Shown piece by piece: positions 1 to 14,180 of a stretch of 64,000 bases of DNA; the stretch's first letter is position 1, and every line of letters begins with the position of its first letter. Where the stretch lies: the NCBI GenBank assembly GCA_963575745.1, contig CAUYUJ010000114.1, positions 868,001-932,000 of the forward strand, given 5' to 3'. A model generated the notes under the pieces. The model ran no database searches. It was not told the DNA's origin and worked only from the letters and a program-made list of their open reading frames with translations. Source of the DNA: Prorocentrum cordatum. Taxonomy: Eukaryota. Position numbers and translations under genes: made by a program.

Positions 1-3000
1 AGAAATGCCAGTTGAACAAAGCATATTCTCGGAGATCTGCGCTCGCGAGTCAAAGGTTCATGTTTATTGCCGTCGTTTCTGCTCTTTTGCCGTCGGCGCA
101 CGCGGCTGTCTTCGCCGCGCTCGAGGGTGCCGCTGGCAGCATGGAGATGCGGCTCGTGAGGGGGCCCGGGGAGGAGGGCCTGCCCGACAGGGCCCGCCTG
201 CCGCCGGGCACCCGCTTCCTGTTCGAGGCGTTCGTCTCCAACTGCAGGCCTCGGAGAAGACAAAGCGGCATGCAGATCAAAGTGAAGGGGCCCCAGGACA
301 CACAAATAAATACACACAAATAAAATGATTCCCTATATTTTCCCATTTGTTTTTGATTTTTGTCTTCCCCTCCACTTCCTATATTTTCCAATATTTTCCT
401 GGGAGTGGACGATTAATTGTGTCTGTGTGTTTTTTCCCCTCCTGGCAAAGGGAGGAGAACTGATCCATACCGCTATCCTTCCCTCGTCGCCACGGCTGGG
501 TGAGCTTCAAACTCCTGGTCAGAACGCGCCCCCGGAGTGGTCCGAGGAGTAGCAGTATCGGCATGCTCTTGTCACCCACACGAGCGGCGCACGTCAGAGG
601 AGGACCAGCGTTGAGGCAGCGGTGGTTTGGCCTTTTGGGGGGGGGCCCTCGTCACCACGGCCGGATGCAGCACGGAAAGCTGGTGCGCGCGCACGGTGGG
701 AGGGCTCTGGGGACCGATGCTGGTGTTGTTGCCTCAAGGAGGGCTCCTCCGAACACAGCCGAGACGCTGGAAGAAGGACCGCTTTTGGGGTGAGGAGGGG
801 CTCCAGTTTTCGGGCCGTTCCGTAGGCTGAGGTTCAGGGTTTTCGGGCCGATTCGTGGCGATTCTGGTTTTCGTGTCGATTCGTGGCGATTCTGGTTTTC
901 GAGTAGGGGTTGTGGTTTTCGGGTCGATTCGTGGCCGAGGCTCGCCATGGCCAGCAAAGTCCCGTGGTTCCTTGTCTGGCGCTCCCTGTGGCAGCATGAT
1001 GGCCGCACAGTTTCAGCGCAGCTTCAGGTGTGTGGCAGCATTCGCATTTCGACAACGCTGGCTGTTGAAGCATGCTGTCCGCTCCCACCTTCTCCCTCCC
1101 CCATCTTTTCCCTCCCCCTCTGGGAGTGACCGCTGGCAGAAGCAAGTTGTTTCAATTCTGTTCATTCTTCCCTCGCTCCCCCTTCCCCAGCCCACCCCGC
1201 TTCCCTGCTCCTCTCGCCTCTCCAGTTCCTGCGCTTCCTTTTGCTGGTGATTTTCTGGGTGTTCCTGGATCGCCCAAGCTTCTTTCCTCCAGTAAGCTAA
1301 GTCAGCAGCGTCGCTGGCATACGGTCTGTCGAGCCAATAAACAACAGATGTCGGATTGCAAGAGGTGCCTCCTGGTCGTGGGTTCGCGTTTGACACGTTT
1401 CCCGGCACCCGTGTTTTTGTGTTACATGTAAGCCAGTCTCAGGCTGCAATTGTTGTGTTCATTATTGATACGTCTCCGCCCCAGTGTGATTCACATACGT
1501 TTCAAATTCTAGAAGACGCCAGGGCGGTCGTTCTTCGTGTTCGTGGACGTCTTAGCGGACGCCCACTCCCAGCTTTGCGCGCCCATAGTTTAAAGAAGAT
1601 TGTTGACAATGTTTGAAAGTTACGTCTGTGTTTTCTGGTGATTGCTATTTCATCGAGAGCAGACACGACGGCTGACAAAAACAAGATTGGCAGTGGCCGC
1701 GACGAACGATACAGATAGAGATAGCCGCATTTCAGGCTCATTGCGCAGCACCTTCTGTCAAGCGGAGAGGTTACAAGAACGATCGACTTGCGACAGTGGC
1801 ACGGCCCCGTCTCGTATCGACCGTATGCATTGCAATCAGCACAAGTGCTAGGTGGTGGGATCGACAGATCGAGTGTTCCGTGCTTCCCTCTCCCTGTCGC
1901 TTGTCCGCTCACAAGCCATTGTTTTTTTGCCAGGCGTAGTGATGTTCAGGTTTCGAGAAGGGCACCGTGAGACCACTCCTAGCCACTTGTATTGACCACC
2001 CTGATTTCGGCAGCTTTGCGCAGCAGGAATACGACAGAGAGGTAAGTCTCAATTTGCACGCGCCAGCGCTATTCAAACTCTGTATTGTTCACTTGGCCAT
2101 GCTATGCACATGCAAGACCATGGAACGTTCTAGCGTTACCCATGTGGCTACCAGTGCGGAAGACAAGCTGCATGCTTCTATGGGTTTCCTCCAGTGCCTC
2201 GAAAACGGGATTGATGTCCGCGTGCATCAGTTTTCCCAATCTATCCGCATTTGCGTCCCCTTGCTGGCAAACAAAAAGGAGATGCACTTGTGCATTATTT
2301 CACACCCAGCTGCCTTCCCCACGGCGTGCTGGTGCGACCCACACGCTTGGCGAATCTCCTCTTTGTGCACCTCGCAGGCTGCCTTGGGCCTAGGCCGCCA
2401 GCTTCCTGAGCACTCCTCCGCACGTAATGGGTCACAACCCGCCAATCGGCTTCCGGAAAGCCACCAATCGCGCTCCGAGGTTGGCCCAGGTCGCCACTGC
2501 GCTCAGGCCCCCGTGCTGAAAGAGGACTGCGACTTCGCCCACGGCGTCGAGCGCTGCGCGGTCCGCGAGGAGGGTGCGCCAATGCTCGAATCTGCCCCCG
2601 TTCGGGCCTGGCCCCGACCGCCGCGTTCTTTGGCCCAGCTCGTTTTCGCGGCGGCGACGAGGTCGGCCACGGGGGCCTGGTCTGGCAGGTTCGGGGCCGC
2701 GCCCGTGCCGGCGCACTCGGGGGGGACAGGTGCCGGAGCCCCTCCGGAGGATCCTCGCGCCGGTGGGCAGCGTCGCTGGGCCGCTGGCGCGGACCATGGC
2801 TTTGCTGATCAGGTGCTCGCCCACGAGCTTCTCCATCGCCTGCGCGTGCGAGGCCGACGCAGGTGGTCGGCGCGGTCGTCGCGGTGTTCCGCCGACTGCC
2901 GCGAGCGCCTCTCTGGAGAGCCCGGCGGCCCAGTCTCCGTCCTCGGCCGTCCTGCTTCGGCGGGTGAGCGTGCTTGCCGCCCCCCCCGCTGTTCCCTGCC

Positions 3001-3016
3001 TTTCGCCCGCCCTGTT

Positions 3017-3503
3017 TCCTCTTCCTCCTCCTCCTCCTCTTTCTCCTCCTCCTCCTCCTCCTCCTCCTCCTCCTCCTCCTCTTCCTCCTACTCCTCCTCC
3101 TCCTCCTCCTACTCCTCCTCCTCCTCCTCCTCCTCCTCCTCCTCCTCCTCCTCCTCCTCCTCCTCCTCCTCCTCCTCCTCCTCCTCCCCCTCCTCCCCCT
3201 CCTCTGGCCCGTGGCCAGCAGCATCACCACGGCCGCCGCGTCGCGGTGCGGCGCTGCCCGTGTCGCGCCGCTCGTCGCAGCCCCCCCCCCGAGGCCGGGC
3301 CTGGCGTGGTTCCCGCCTCCGTTCACGCCCGGGCCGCCGTGGGGCGCCTGCTTCTGGGCGCCCGAGGCCCGCCGGAGGGCGAGCGGTATACGATGAACCT
3401 GCTCCGCCATCGGGGCGCCCACGAGCTTCTGATCCTCCTCCTCCTCCTCCTGATCCTTCTCCTCCTCCTCCTCCTCCTCCTCCTCCTCCTCCTCCTCCTC
3501 CTC
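3017..3503. repeat. (CCT)n microsatellites (also ~4590-4720, 8150-8305, 8550-8690, 17380-17450)
   Basis: Direct reading. Confidence 0.97.
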
Positions 3504-4789
3504 GCCCGTCTCAGGGCGGCCGGAGAGTCTACGCCTGTCGGGGTCGTCCAAGAGGCCCTCCGATCCTGGGGCTGCGCAAGTTTGTCACCACCGGGCGTTT
3601 TGTCGCCCAGTTTCGGGCACCAGGATCCTCACAGAGCGATGGGGCCCGGGAAACGAGGCAGAAAGCTGGGGTCTGGGGCTCCGGTCGTGATGGTTTGTGC
3701 GATGTTGCAGTTTGGGGGCAACGTCAGATCCCAGGTGGGGAGCGAAGTTTTGGAGGGGGCGTGGATTGGCCGGAGCGATGGTACCTCCCCGGCTTTCGTG
3801 GCCCCTCTTCTCATGTCAGTGCGTCCTTTGGCCCCCCCCCCTCGTCTGCGCACATGCCTCGGGCCATGACTTGCGAGCCCCCCTCTTGGACGCTCCCCGA
3901 CGCCCCCGCTGGGGCATCAGCTCTCCAGCCGCCCCTGGACGGGCGCCTCCGACGGCGGAGCAGTTTGTCTCGTGCCGTCCCTCGTCCGCCCAGAGGCCGA
4001 ACGGTGGAAGCTGGACCGTCCTTCCCAAGATGGGGTCCGAGCCACTGGGGCCGGAGGCTCTCGCCGCATCGCCACTGCACCGGCGATGTGGCTCGATGTG
4101 TCAAGCAGTGACGAAGCGTCCTGGCTCGCCTATAGCCCCACCAAACAATGTTCTAAGAACCTTTTGTGGTTTCCACGAAATGTTCTTAGAACATTTCTGG
4201 ATGAGACTGTATTGTTTAACACATCGGGTTTATGTTCTAAGAACATTGTTTTTGTTCTTCCAACATTTGTGGGTTCTGAGAACATGCCGTGGTAGGACTA
4301 TACGAATGCCGGGACGGTCGGCCCCTGCTCAAATGTTGGCCCCGCGCGGTGTTCTGCGCGCCGGCGGCGCCGACGCAGCGCCGCCGTCGCGGCGACGCGG
4401 CGCGATGTTCCGAGCCCCCTCTGCTCGGACCTCATGTGGGGAGGCCTCTCCAGGACGACGACTCCGAGGAGTCCGCCGGGCCCGACGGCGGCGACGGCGC
4501 CACGGGCGGCACGAGCGGCTGCGACGGCCCGGGCGCCGGCGGCCCCGGCCTGGAGGACCCCCGGTCTCCCACGAGTGGGCTAGGGCTCCACCTCCTCCTC
4601 CTCCTCCTCCTCCTCCTCCTGCTCCTGCTCCTCCTCCTCCTCCTCCTCCTCCTCCTCCTCCTCCTCCTCCTCCTCCTCCTCCTCCTACTCCTCCTCCTCC
4701 TCCTCCTCCTCCTCCTCCTCCCCATGCGACCCAGCCGTTCCGATGCACTTCGAGCCGACCGATCTGGTGTTCGCACGTGTTCCTTGGTC

Positions 4790-4981
4790 TTAAGTCGGGC
4801 CTGTCCCCCTACAGGGGAATTTTCGACGAAAAATTAAAGATACCCCCAAAATGCTCCAAGGAGTTCCAAAAATAGTCAAAAAAAGGTTCCCGGACTATTT
4901 TTGGACAATTTGTGGATGATTTGTGAGGATGTTTTGTATTTTTCGTCGAAAACCCCCTGTAGGGGGACAGGCCCGACTTAA
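4790..4981. mobile_element. MITE family A (TIR TTAAGTCGGGCCTGTCCCCCTACAGG), perfect 8-bp TSD
   Basis: ~45-bp inverted termini, with CCTTGGTC at 4782-4789 and 4982-4989. Confidence 0.9.
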
Positions 4982-5845
4982 CCTTGGTCCTCGTAGGTGT
5001 CTTTGCCTGGGGATGCTGCGCCTCGCCGAGAGCGTTGCGGGGGTGCCCAAAGCGGCTCGAGCGGCCGCTGGAGACCCGGGTCGGGGCACGAGCACCGAAT
5101 GACTCGGGCCGGACGAACGGGGGGGATTGGGAAAGGGGGGGTTACGAAATTTGCTGCATGCAGCTGGTTTCGGCCTCACCGAGGGGCCCATTCCTCGATA
5201 CATGGCCGCGCCCGGCGCCGGGAGGCGCCGGGAAAATCAGCTACGTGAGCTGATTCTCAAACCCCCCCTTTGCTATCCCCCCCTTTCGCCTGACCCGATT
5301 CTGGCTGGCTCGGTCCGATGGGATTCCGGTGTATTCCGATGATCCGGTCGGGCCCGGTGATTTCGCGGCGCTGCTGTGCACTCTGGCGCGGCCGCTCCGA
5401 TGCGTTTCGACTCCGTGCCGATGCGGCCCGATTCGACACACATAGTCCGATCTGACCCGATTTCCCGATCTGGTGCTGACTGCTCCTGCCAGGGCAGGTG
5501 TGGTGTGAGGAACGCGCCGCATCGCCGATGCCGTCGACGCGGTGCGGTCCGCGGTCCGATTCGTCTCCGTCCCGGCGTCGCCGGTGCATCGGCGATGCAT
5601 CTGCGGGGGTCTGCGATCCTCCGCAGCCCAGATCTTTCCCTGCCCCATCCCCAGACATCTGGCGACGTGATTTGTTCAAGCCGCGGCCCCACGGCCCCAT
5701 GGAGGTCTCGATTTCCGTCCCTGGGGGCATCTTCTCGGCCCGGATCCGTCTCTTCTGTCATGGCCTGGGGCCCGGCGGGCCCCAGAGGCAGAGCGCCAGG
5801 ATAGAAACAACCATCGGCGTCACCGAACACACATTCATACTAGGG

Positions 5846-6012
5846 TTAGGTCGGGCCTGTCCCCCTACAGGCCGATCTTCGACGGAAAACCAAACACAGT
5901 CGAACAAAAGACCCCCCAAAATGGTCAAACACAGGAAAACAAAAAATCGTCCCCTGACTACTTGTTGCCTATGTTTGGATGTTCCTCCTGTAGAGGGACA
6001 GGCCCGGCTTGG
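5846..6012. mobile_element. MITE family A, diverged copy
   Basis: GTCGGGCCTGTCCCCCTACAGG ... CCTGTAGAGGGACAGGCCCGGC. No TSD is recognisable. Confidence 0.75.
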
Positions 6013-6185
6013 TAGTGCGCGTGCGTCGGACTCCCTGGGGGCGGCGCGCGCGCTCGGGAGCCTTGCAGCAATAAGAGGTGCTCGGTGCTCCGTGGCGGGC
6101 GCTCGCTGGCCCTACCGCCTCGGCAGCGCTGCGCAGCAAGTCGCCTGCAGTCTGCGCTATCCGCACGGGCGTGCGCCTCCGAGGA

Positions 6186-6376
6186 TTGAGTCGGGCCTGT
6201 CCCCCTACAGGGGGATTTTCGACGAAAAACGCAAAATACCCCCAAAATACCCCAAAAAGGTCAAAACATATTTTAAAACATGTCCCCAGCCTAGTTGTGG
6301 ATTATTTTTGGATTATTTTTGGGATATTTCTTATGTTTCGTCGAAAGTCCTCCTGTGGGGGGCAGGCCCGACTTAA
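6186..6376. mobile_element. MITE family A
   Basis: Same TIRs, with flanks TCCGAGGA / TCCAAGGA (7/8). Confidence 0.85.
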
Positions 6377-6399
6377 TCCAAGGAGGGCGCAACATACGA

Positions 6400-7022
6400 G
6401 CAGGTCCTCCTGCGTCCCACGGAGCCCGAGCGTTTGCTTCGGGTGAAGGGCAAAGGGTGAAGTCTGAGTTGCCGTCTCGATGGATGCTCGTGGCTGGAAT
6501 CTGCAAGAGGTGAATCGCAAGACGGACTGATTCTCGAGGTGCAGAAGTCCATAGTGATTGCACCCAGGGCCCTCCGCCCTAAGAAGATGCTCAGGGAGCG
6601 CCGGGACGGAACTGGTCACCCCTCCATTTTTTGGGGAGTCGACGATGGATTGTGTCCGTGTGTTTCTTTCCCTCCTGACCCCGGGCGGCCTTGGGCAGGG
6701 CAGCGCACCCCCCTGAGAGCGGGCGTCGCGGGCAACAGAAAGGCACGATCGCAGAAGATCTCACAGCGAGAGTTATGATGTTCCAGCCTACTGCGAGCAG
6801 ATCCTCCTGCGTCCCACGGAGCCCGAGCGTTTGCTTCGGGTGGAGGGCAAAGGGTGAAGTCTGAATCGCAGTTTCGATGGATGCTCGTGGCTGGAATCTG
6901 CAAGAGGTGAATCGCAAGACGGACTGATCCTCGAGGTGCAGAAGTCCATTGTGATTGCACCCTGAGCCCTCCACCCTAAGAAGATGCTCAGGGAGCGCCA
7001 GGATGGAACTGCCCACCCCTCC
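6400..7022. repeat. Local direct duplication (~225 bp; 6400-6625 vs ~6797-7022)
   Basis: TCCTCCTGCGTCCCACGGAGCCCGAGCGTTTGCTTCGGGTG...AAGAAGATGCTCAGGGAGCGCC is present twice. Confidence 0.9.
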
Positions 7023-7186
7023 GAGCGTCTTTGGGTTCTGGGGCCCCCCCCGCAAAAGGACGGCGGCAGCGGCGGGTGCGGCGGCAGCGCCGCGGGCTCC
7101 GCCGCCCCGCCGGCCGGCGGGCACGGCCACGAGCCTCCCCGGGAGAGGCGTCGGGCAGTGCCGAAGGGGGGTCGCCGTGGCTCATG

Positions 7187-7384
7187 TCGGGGGCGGCAAA
7201 GAGGGGGGTGATGACTAGGGGGGGGGAGGGGGAGATCATGGCGGGGGGCATGATATGTCCCCAGATTTCACGGCGCCTCTTCTTGTTTCATTGCGTCCCT
7301 GGCCCCCCCGCTGGGCCGCGCACATGCAGCCGGCCATGATTTGCGCCCCCCCCTCTTGGACACCCCCCTCTTGGCCGATCCCGA
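7187..7384. mobile_element. MITE family C (termini TCGG...CCGA, 5-bp TSD)
   Basis: Imperfect G-run/C-run TIRs with flanks TCATG / TTATG. A related copy lies at 53945-54141. Confidence 0.6.
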
Positions 7385-8161
7385 TTATGATGCTCCAACC
7401 TACTTTAGCCTTGATCACCAGAAAGAGTTGCGAGCGCCAGAAAAAGTACAGAAAACTCGAGGGTTTTCACGTGTCGGGCCCTGGGAGACACTCGCCCGAC
7501 ACTGTTTCGACACCCGTTCGACACTCTTTTGGCACTTTGCCGGGTGCTCGAAGTTATTTCTAGGATAGGGTCTTTAAGTAGGATGCGAACAACATAGGCC
7601 GTGGAGTGGGTCACCCGGTAGAGGGGAACAATTGGTAAACACCCCCCTTGCCCCCAAACTCAAAGTTGGCACGCGCGGGGGAGACTGCGGTCGGGGTGCA
7701 ACTCGTCAGACCCACCGCCAGCTTGGGACACTGGGGGGAGGGGGGGGCGTCGACAGATAACTGTGGCCTGAGGGTTCGCTATTTTTTCCCGAGGCCTGCC
7801 AGGATGCAGGTTCCAGGACGGGAGCTCGAGGAGGTTTTCAGCCGTTCGGGGTCACTCGGGTGGGCCCTGGGGTGTTCTCTTGGGGGCTCCCTCTCCCTCG
7901 AGGAACCAGGGGGCTCCTCGAGACAGTGGCGACCCTCCTAGTGTCAATGCCATGTCCTCTGCAGGGAGAATACCCCAAATAGTCGAGAAACAGCAAGGGA
8001 ACGATTTTTCTAGAACTTTTAACTCTTTTGAATATTTTGTGTTATGTACGTAGCACCCCGCAAATGCGGATAAGAGTGAGGGAGCGGGCGCGGGCGACGC
8101 GGGCGTCGAGCCGGCGGACCTCGTGGCTCTCACCTTCGCTGTCGATGGCGCCCTCCTCCTC

Positions 8162-8192
<31 letters not shown>

Positions 8193-8243
8193 TCCTTTTC
8201 CTCCTCCTCCTTCTCCTCCTCCTCTCCCTCCTCCTCCTCCTCC

Positions 8244-8274
<31 letters not shown>

Positions 8275-8657
8275 CCTCCTCCTCCTCCTCCTTCTCCTCT
8301 TCCTCCCCCATCCCGATCCTCTACCAATCCCATTGTTCCCCTTCGGGGAGGGGTTTGCACTCCCCCGCATCCGGGCCTCTGGGTCCAGAGGGGGGACCGC
8401 AAGGGGGGTTAGAGCGTCGAAGATTGATGTACATGGCTCTCAGTTTGTGTCTGCCAGCTGAAGGTGCCCTCCGAAATCTCTCCAGATAGCCCAAGACAGC
8501 TTCAACGTAGCTTCCACATCCTCCGCCTCGCACCTCTTGATGTTCCTCGTCCTGCTCCTCCTCCTCCTCCTCCTCCTCCTCCCTCCTCCTCCTCCTCCTC
8601 CTCCCCCTCCTCCTCCTCCTCCTCCTCCTCCTCCTCCTCCTCCTCCTCCTCCTCCTC

Positions 8658-8688
<31 letters not shown>

Positions 8689-9099
8689 TCTTTCTCCACA
8701 TTCTCCTTACATGCAATCTTCTTCCGCGTCCGCCTCGTCCCGTGTTTACTCCTCTGCCTCGCCCTTCTTTTTCAAGATAACGGCAAGCCAATCCTTTGTT
8801 CCACTGAATGCTCCCCGACTTCTCTGATCCAGGCAACTCGCCAGGGTAAAATTGCTGGATGGGTTGGTGTGTATGAGCGGAGCTTGAAGAGGTCTTGGGG
8901 GGCTCAGACGGCATGCAAAATCCGCCGCCGCGCTTGTGGGGCACTGGCGTGCTGTGTGGTAGGGGTCGTGGACGCCCAGGAGGGTCCTTGAGCGCCCCGG
9001 GTCCCCTGAATTGCGGGCGGCAGCTTACCCTGAACCCAGGCTTTGGGCACGGATGCCGAATTGCAGCAGGCAGCTGGATTGTCAATGAACGTGTTCAGA

Positions 9100-10088
9100 C
9101 ACAGCCCCGCCGCAGGCGCCGATGTGCTGTTGTAGAGGCAACGTGGGCCGGATCGGGGGAATGGCGCGAGGGCGCTTTCCCAAGCCAATGCGAGCAAGCC
9201 CGCCGCAGGCGCCGGTTTGCGTGCTCTGACAAGTCCAGCGCGGGGGGGATCGCTGGTGGGCCACCCTGAACGAATGCAAAAACAGCCCGCCGCAGGCGCC
9301 GAATCTTTGGCTTGATCAGTGAACGTAGTTTGGGTTGCGGGTGGGTCGCGGGCTCTCCACCCCCACCTGGAAGGAAATCAAAAACAGCACGCCGCAGGCG
9401 CCGAAAATTTGGAATTGTACACTGAACGCGGTTTGGGTCGCAAGTTCCCCACCTGGAACGAATGCAAAAGAAACTCGCCGCAGGCGCCGAAGTTTTGGCT
9501 TGTTCAGTGAACGTAGTTTGGGTCGCAGGTGGGTCGCGGGTCCTCCACTTCCACTTAGCAGGAATTCAAAAACAGCACGCCGCAGGCGCCGAACATTTTG
9601 AATTGTACACTGGTCGCGGTTTGGGTCGCGGATGGGTCGCAGGTTCTCCACCTGGAACGAATGCAAAACAAGCCCGCCGCAGGCGCCGAACATTTTGGGT
9701 GGGTCGCGGGGTGGGTCGCGGGGTGGGTCGCGGGTGGGTCGCGGGTGGGTCGCGGGGTGGGTCGCAGGGGGGTCGCGGGTGGGTCGCGGTGGGTCGCGGC
9801 TGATTCGCGGGTGGGTCGCGGGTGGGTCGCGGTGGGTCGCGGCTGATTCGCGGATGGGTCGCGGGTGGGTCGCTGGTGGGTCGCGGGTGGGACGCCGGGG
9901 GGGTCTTGGGGTGGGTCGCGGGCGGGTCGCGGAGCGGGTCGCGGGGTGGGTCGCGGGTGGGTCGCGGGTGGGTCGCGGGGTGGGTCGCGGGGTGGGTTGC
10001 GGGGTGGGTCGCGGGTGGGTCGCGGGGTGGGTCGCGGGTGGGTCGCGGGTTGGGTCGCGGGTGGGTCGCGGGGCGGGTCGCGGGTGGG
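9100..10088. repeat. ~95/190-bp degenerate minisatellite (core CGCCGCAGGCGCCG) followed by (GGGTCGCGGGT)n
   Basis: The core recurs seven times between ~9108 and ~9690. An 11-12-bp G-rich repeat runs from ~9697 to 10088. Confidence 0.9.
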
Positions 10089-10091
10089 ACG

Positions 10092-10132
10092 ACAACAACA
10101 AACAACAAAACAACAACATTAACAACAACATT

Positions 10133-10182
<50 letters not shown>

Positions 10183-10258
10183 CTACAACTACAACTACAA
10201 CTACAACTACAACTACAACTACAACTACAACTACAACTACAACAACAACAACAACAAT
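10092..10258. repeat. (AAC)n/(AACTAC)n microsatellite
   Basis: Direct reading. Confidence 0.97.
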
Positions 10259-11286
10259 TACTAGCACGTGGGGACACTCCGTTCTCACCAGTGCCAGGGT
10301 TTTCATAGGAGGCGGGCAATACCCCCACTTTGTGGGGGGGCCGGTTCAAGCTCTACCAAATTTCCAAACGACTCTTCGCCACCACCCACACCCAGCTTCC
10401 CGCCCTATGACGTTCGGACACTTCACTTCGTGGCCTGCGGACGACCTTGGCTACTACACTGGCGCATGGGTACAGTGACTTGTTGTGGTAACATTTTCTG
10501 TAAGCTAGCTTAGTATACGACTTTTCCCCCTGTTCCAACATTGGACACCTGAAAGTAGCTCGCGCGAGCTCATGTAACATAAATGTTGAAAAACCATTTG
10601 TTTTTAAGGATTCGGACAGCGCGCGCGGGTAGAAATTTGGAAAATCCGTGCACGTGTTTTTCGAGGACCTACGGTGCGATTCGTGCGATTTTATGATACG
10701 CGGTGCTGAAATTCTTAAGAAACCCAATGGTGTTTGAAGATTTCGGCGTGCGCGCGCGAAGAAAAAACGAATGTGTCCCATATGGTATTATTTGACAGGG
10801 ATGATGGCCCTGGCAGGCGCGCAACCGTTGTTGCAGAAGTTCGAAGCACGTGAAAAAGTTGCTCGCAAGAGCCCGTTTGACAGAAATGTTGAAAAAGTAT
10901 TGGGTTTCCTAAGAAATCCGCAAGAGCGCGCGGGATGAATGTTTGAAACTTTTTTTTTTGAAAAACCATTGGGTTTTTCATGTTTTTGTGTTAAAATCGC
11001 GCGCGCGCGCGAGTGTGCACTTCGTGTCATTTTTTGCAAAGGATTCTTGAAGTTTGGTTATGTTAGAACAAGACATGTCATTTTATATTGTTTTTTGACA
11101 GGGAAAGCGGGCGTCAACAAAACAACCGGATCCGGACCCCCCCGTTTTGCCTGAGACTTCTTCACGAAAATGATGAAAATGTGGCTGCGGCCTAGGCGCG
11201 GCGAGGGGGGCGTGCACCAGGGGGCCCAACAATAATTATTCTTTAGAAGTAATAATATTCAACAACAACAACAACAGCAACAGCAA

Positions 11287-11318
<32 letters not shown>

Positions 11319-13959
11319 ACAACAACAACAATCCGCATCGCGGAGTTCCACTTCAGCCACGCACCCATTGGACAGTGAGTGACCGTTCGGTTCAGCCCCC
11401 TCACTGTGATTATTTATCCTCCGAGATCCGCCTGTAGGAGGACATGCCCGACCGAATCCTAGTGCTGACCCCCGTTTGGCACTGCGTGGCAGGAGGGCGC
11501 ACCCGTCCGACCCCGATGGGGTCGGCTACACCTTCGCGCAGTACGTGGCCTTCGCCCTGGAGGATCGGGTCAGACGAAAAGGGGGGGGTCGAGGTGTTCT
11601 GTGTTTTGGGACGGTCTCCCCAGCTCCCCGCGGGTGTCCAGCCTCGAGATGCTCTGCGGCATCCGCGCCACGCCGAGAGCGTTCCGGCGGTGCCCGGATC
11701 GTCCCGAGCGGCCGCACGGTAACGGGTACTTACTAACGGGTACTTTGTGCAATTTTGCCGAAAGTTGACACTTTCGGGCCTCAATCTGGCAATGCAGCGT
11801 TGCCCACATCGGGAGAGGCTGAGTTCCGCTGGGTCACTGGCCAAAGTACCCGTTAGTGGAGTCCCCGTTTGAGGGGCGCTGACCGAGCGGTTGCCAGAGA
11901 CTTGGGCACAGCCAGGGGCCAGGCGGCGAGGCTCGGTCGGGGTGATAGTGGCTCGGGGAGGCACGGCATCTGCTGCGCAGTTTGGACCCGCCCCTCGCGC
12001 GGGCACTCCTCGATACCCACCAGTTGTTGAAAATATGTACACACTATTCGTTCCTTATTATTCGAAAGTTCTTTGATTTTTTCGGGGCCCTGATCGTTTC
12101 ATCTTCAATTCTTCTATCCTGGGCCTCTTCCTGGCCACTAGGGGGCCAGGAACAATTAGAAACGAGCACACATAGAAATGAGCACGGTTAGAAATGAACG
12201 ACGTGTATGTTTGGATTCCAGATCTTATTTTTCAGGCGCCTTCTTACGTCAAGAGTCGAACGGTTTTCCCTCTTCCTTCCTCTTCAAGGGGCTGGCGGAA
12301 GCCTCATCTACTTCCAGCGCCTCCCTATGCCATGTTTCGACCCGCTTCTTCCAACCGACGGGTAACGTTGGCGCCTCCGTAGTCCGGGAGGCGCCGGAGA
12401 AGGCGGTTGGACGCAGATGATTCGCCAACCCCCGGACATCCAACGCTGTGCTTTTTACAACGTGGTTCCCCGTCCAGAGGTCTGGTAATAGCTTGATACA
12501 TTGAACTCTTCCCTGCCAAGGTGATTGTTTAGCGAATCGTATTTGGGGGCTCTCGAAGGGTATTGCGGTCGCAATGTTTGCGTGCCTGCGGCCGCTGGGT
12601 CCGGCCTTGGGTCGTTTTCACTAAGGCGTGTTTTGCGGAAGGAAGTCTTGTCCACCGCCGATCCGGACCGAATCGTTTGATGACAGCCCCGGGGCCCAGC
12701 AAGGGCCTTCCAGGGGGGAAGACCTTCTCACGACGCGAGGGTGCGTGGGCCTCCTCTGTGCTGTCCCGCCCTCCCCTCCGCCCCGAGAGGATCAGGGGCG
12801 ACGTTAGGCCGTTAGGGGGGACAGGCTCAGGGGGAGGGGATTCGATCACCCATTCGTCGCCGATAGGGGCGGGGTGCCCAGGCCCAGGAACTGGCGGACT
12901 CGCCATCGGGGGCTATCGCCGTTCTATCGGATATGTATCGCGTGTTCCAGGTCAAAGCCCCCCCCCCCCCGGAGCTGGTCCTGGGGCCAGCGGGGGCTGA
13001 GAACTTTCCGCGGGGCACCCGCTGGCAGGACGATGTCTTGTTTGATGCGCTTGCTGCGTCCCCTCGCCTCTCTTGCCCGAGAGGAGGGCAAGCCCGAGCG
13101 CTACGCACTGGGCTTGTGGAACCAGTCCGCGCGGGTCGGGACGCACGTCGACGGGGGTGCCGCGGCCGACGCCGGCGCCTTCTGTCGCTGCCACGTGCGG
13201 AGGCAGGAGATGCGGGACGCTGGCGGCGCGGACAAGGGCCCCCACCGTCCTTGGCTGCGGACACAGCACAGCCCTCCCTCTCCCTCCTCCCTCCTCCCTC
13301 CTCCCTCCTCCCTCCTCCCTCCTGCTCCTCCCTCCTTCTCCTCGTCCTCCACCCCTTCTCACTGTAAGCAGGTAGCTCCTAGAATTGTCCGCATGGCGGG
13401 CTGGGCGTGTCGCCAAAGACATCCTCCCACTCATGACCGTGAAGCTTGAACTGCATAGCATTTTCAAAGATGCAGGACGGGTCGTTTCAAAATGAACCTC
13501 CCGCCCCAGCGCCGCGCACATTCGTTTTAACAGTGCGACAGCTTAACGATCGGAGTGCGGGTCGTTTTCAAAATGAAGCTCTCGCCTTGACACCGCGTGC
13601 ATTCATCTTCAAAGCTTGCACGTCGTGTATATCCGCTTTACAAGCATACAATGGATATGCGGATGGAGGCCGGGCCGTCTTCAAAATGGGCATTTCGCCT
13701 TCGCGCCCCGCGCACTGTTTCTGCCAGGTTGCAGGAGTTCGAAGAATGCATGGTAGGCCCTCTTCAATGTGCGGCTCTCGCTGCAGCGCCGCGCACATTC
13801 GTCTACAACGACCGCAGCAGATGCAGGGATGGTGGGCGGCTTGGTTCCCAGGTGGGCTGTTGCTTGAGACATGTGTCAACTGCCCAGGGAGTGGGGCATG
13901 TGGAGCAGCTGCGCAACTGGGGAAGCGCTACCCTTTCAACTCGTGCGTTCACATGGTTC

Positions 13960-14180
13960 ACATATATATGTTTATATATATATATATATATATTCATATA
14001 TATTTATATATATATATTTATATATATATATTATATATATTATATATATATATAAATATATTATATATATATTTTTATATACATTTATATATATATATAT
14101 TTTCACATATATATTTATATATTTATATATATATATATATTCATATATATATTTATATATACATTCATATGTGTATACAT
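13960..14180. repeat. (TA)n microsatellite
   Basis: Direct reading. Confidence 0.97.

Noticed and set aside
1240..2600. Lower-GC non-repetitive stretch, possibly a decayed TE ORF or host exons
   Set aside because: No motif or splice structure could be supported. A translated homology search is needed.
1967..4875. Long ORFs (714, 431, 418, 392 aa)
   Set aside because: They are open in several frames on both strands because of (CCT)n and high GC, and no domain motifs are visible.
4790..4981. piggyBac/Kolobok classification from TTAA ends
   Set aside because: An 8-bp duplication lies outside the TTAA, and the TTAA itself varies among copies (TTGA, CTAA, TCAA).
9100..9695. Conserved CGCCGCAGGCGCCG core with variable intervening sequence (CRISPR-like)
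   Set aside because: The intervening segments are homologous to each other (alternating ~190-bp dimer), so this is a degenerate minisatellite.
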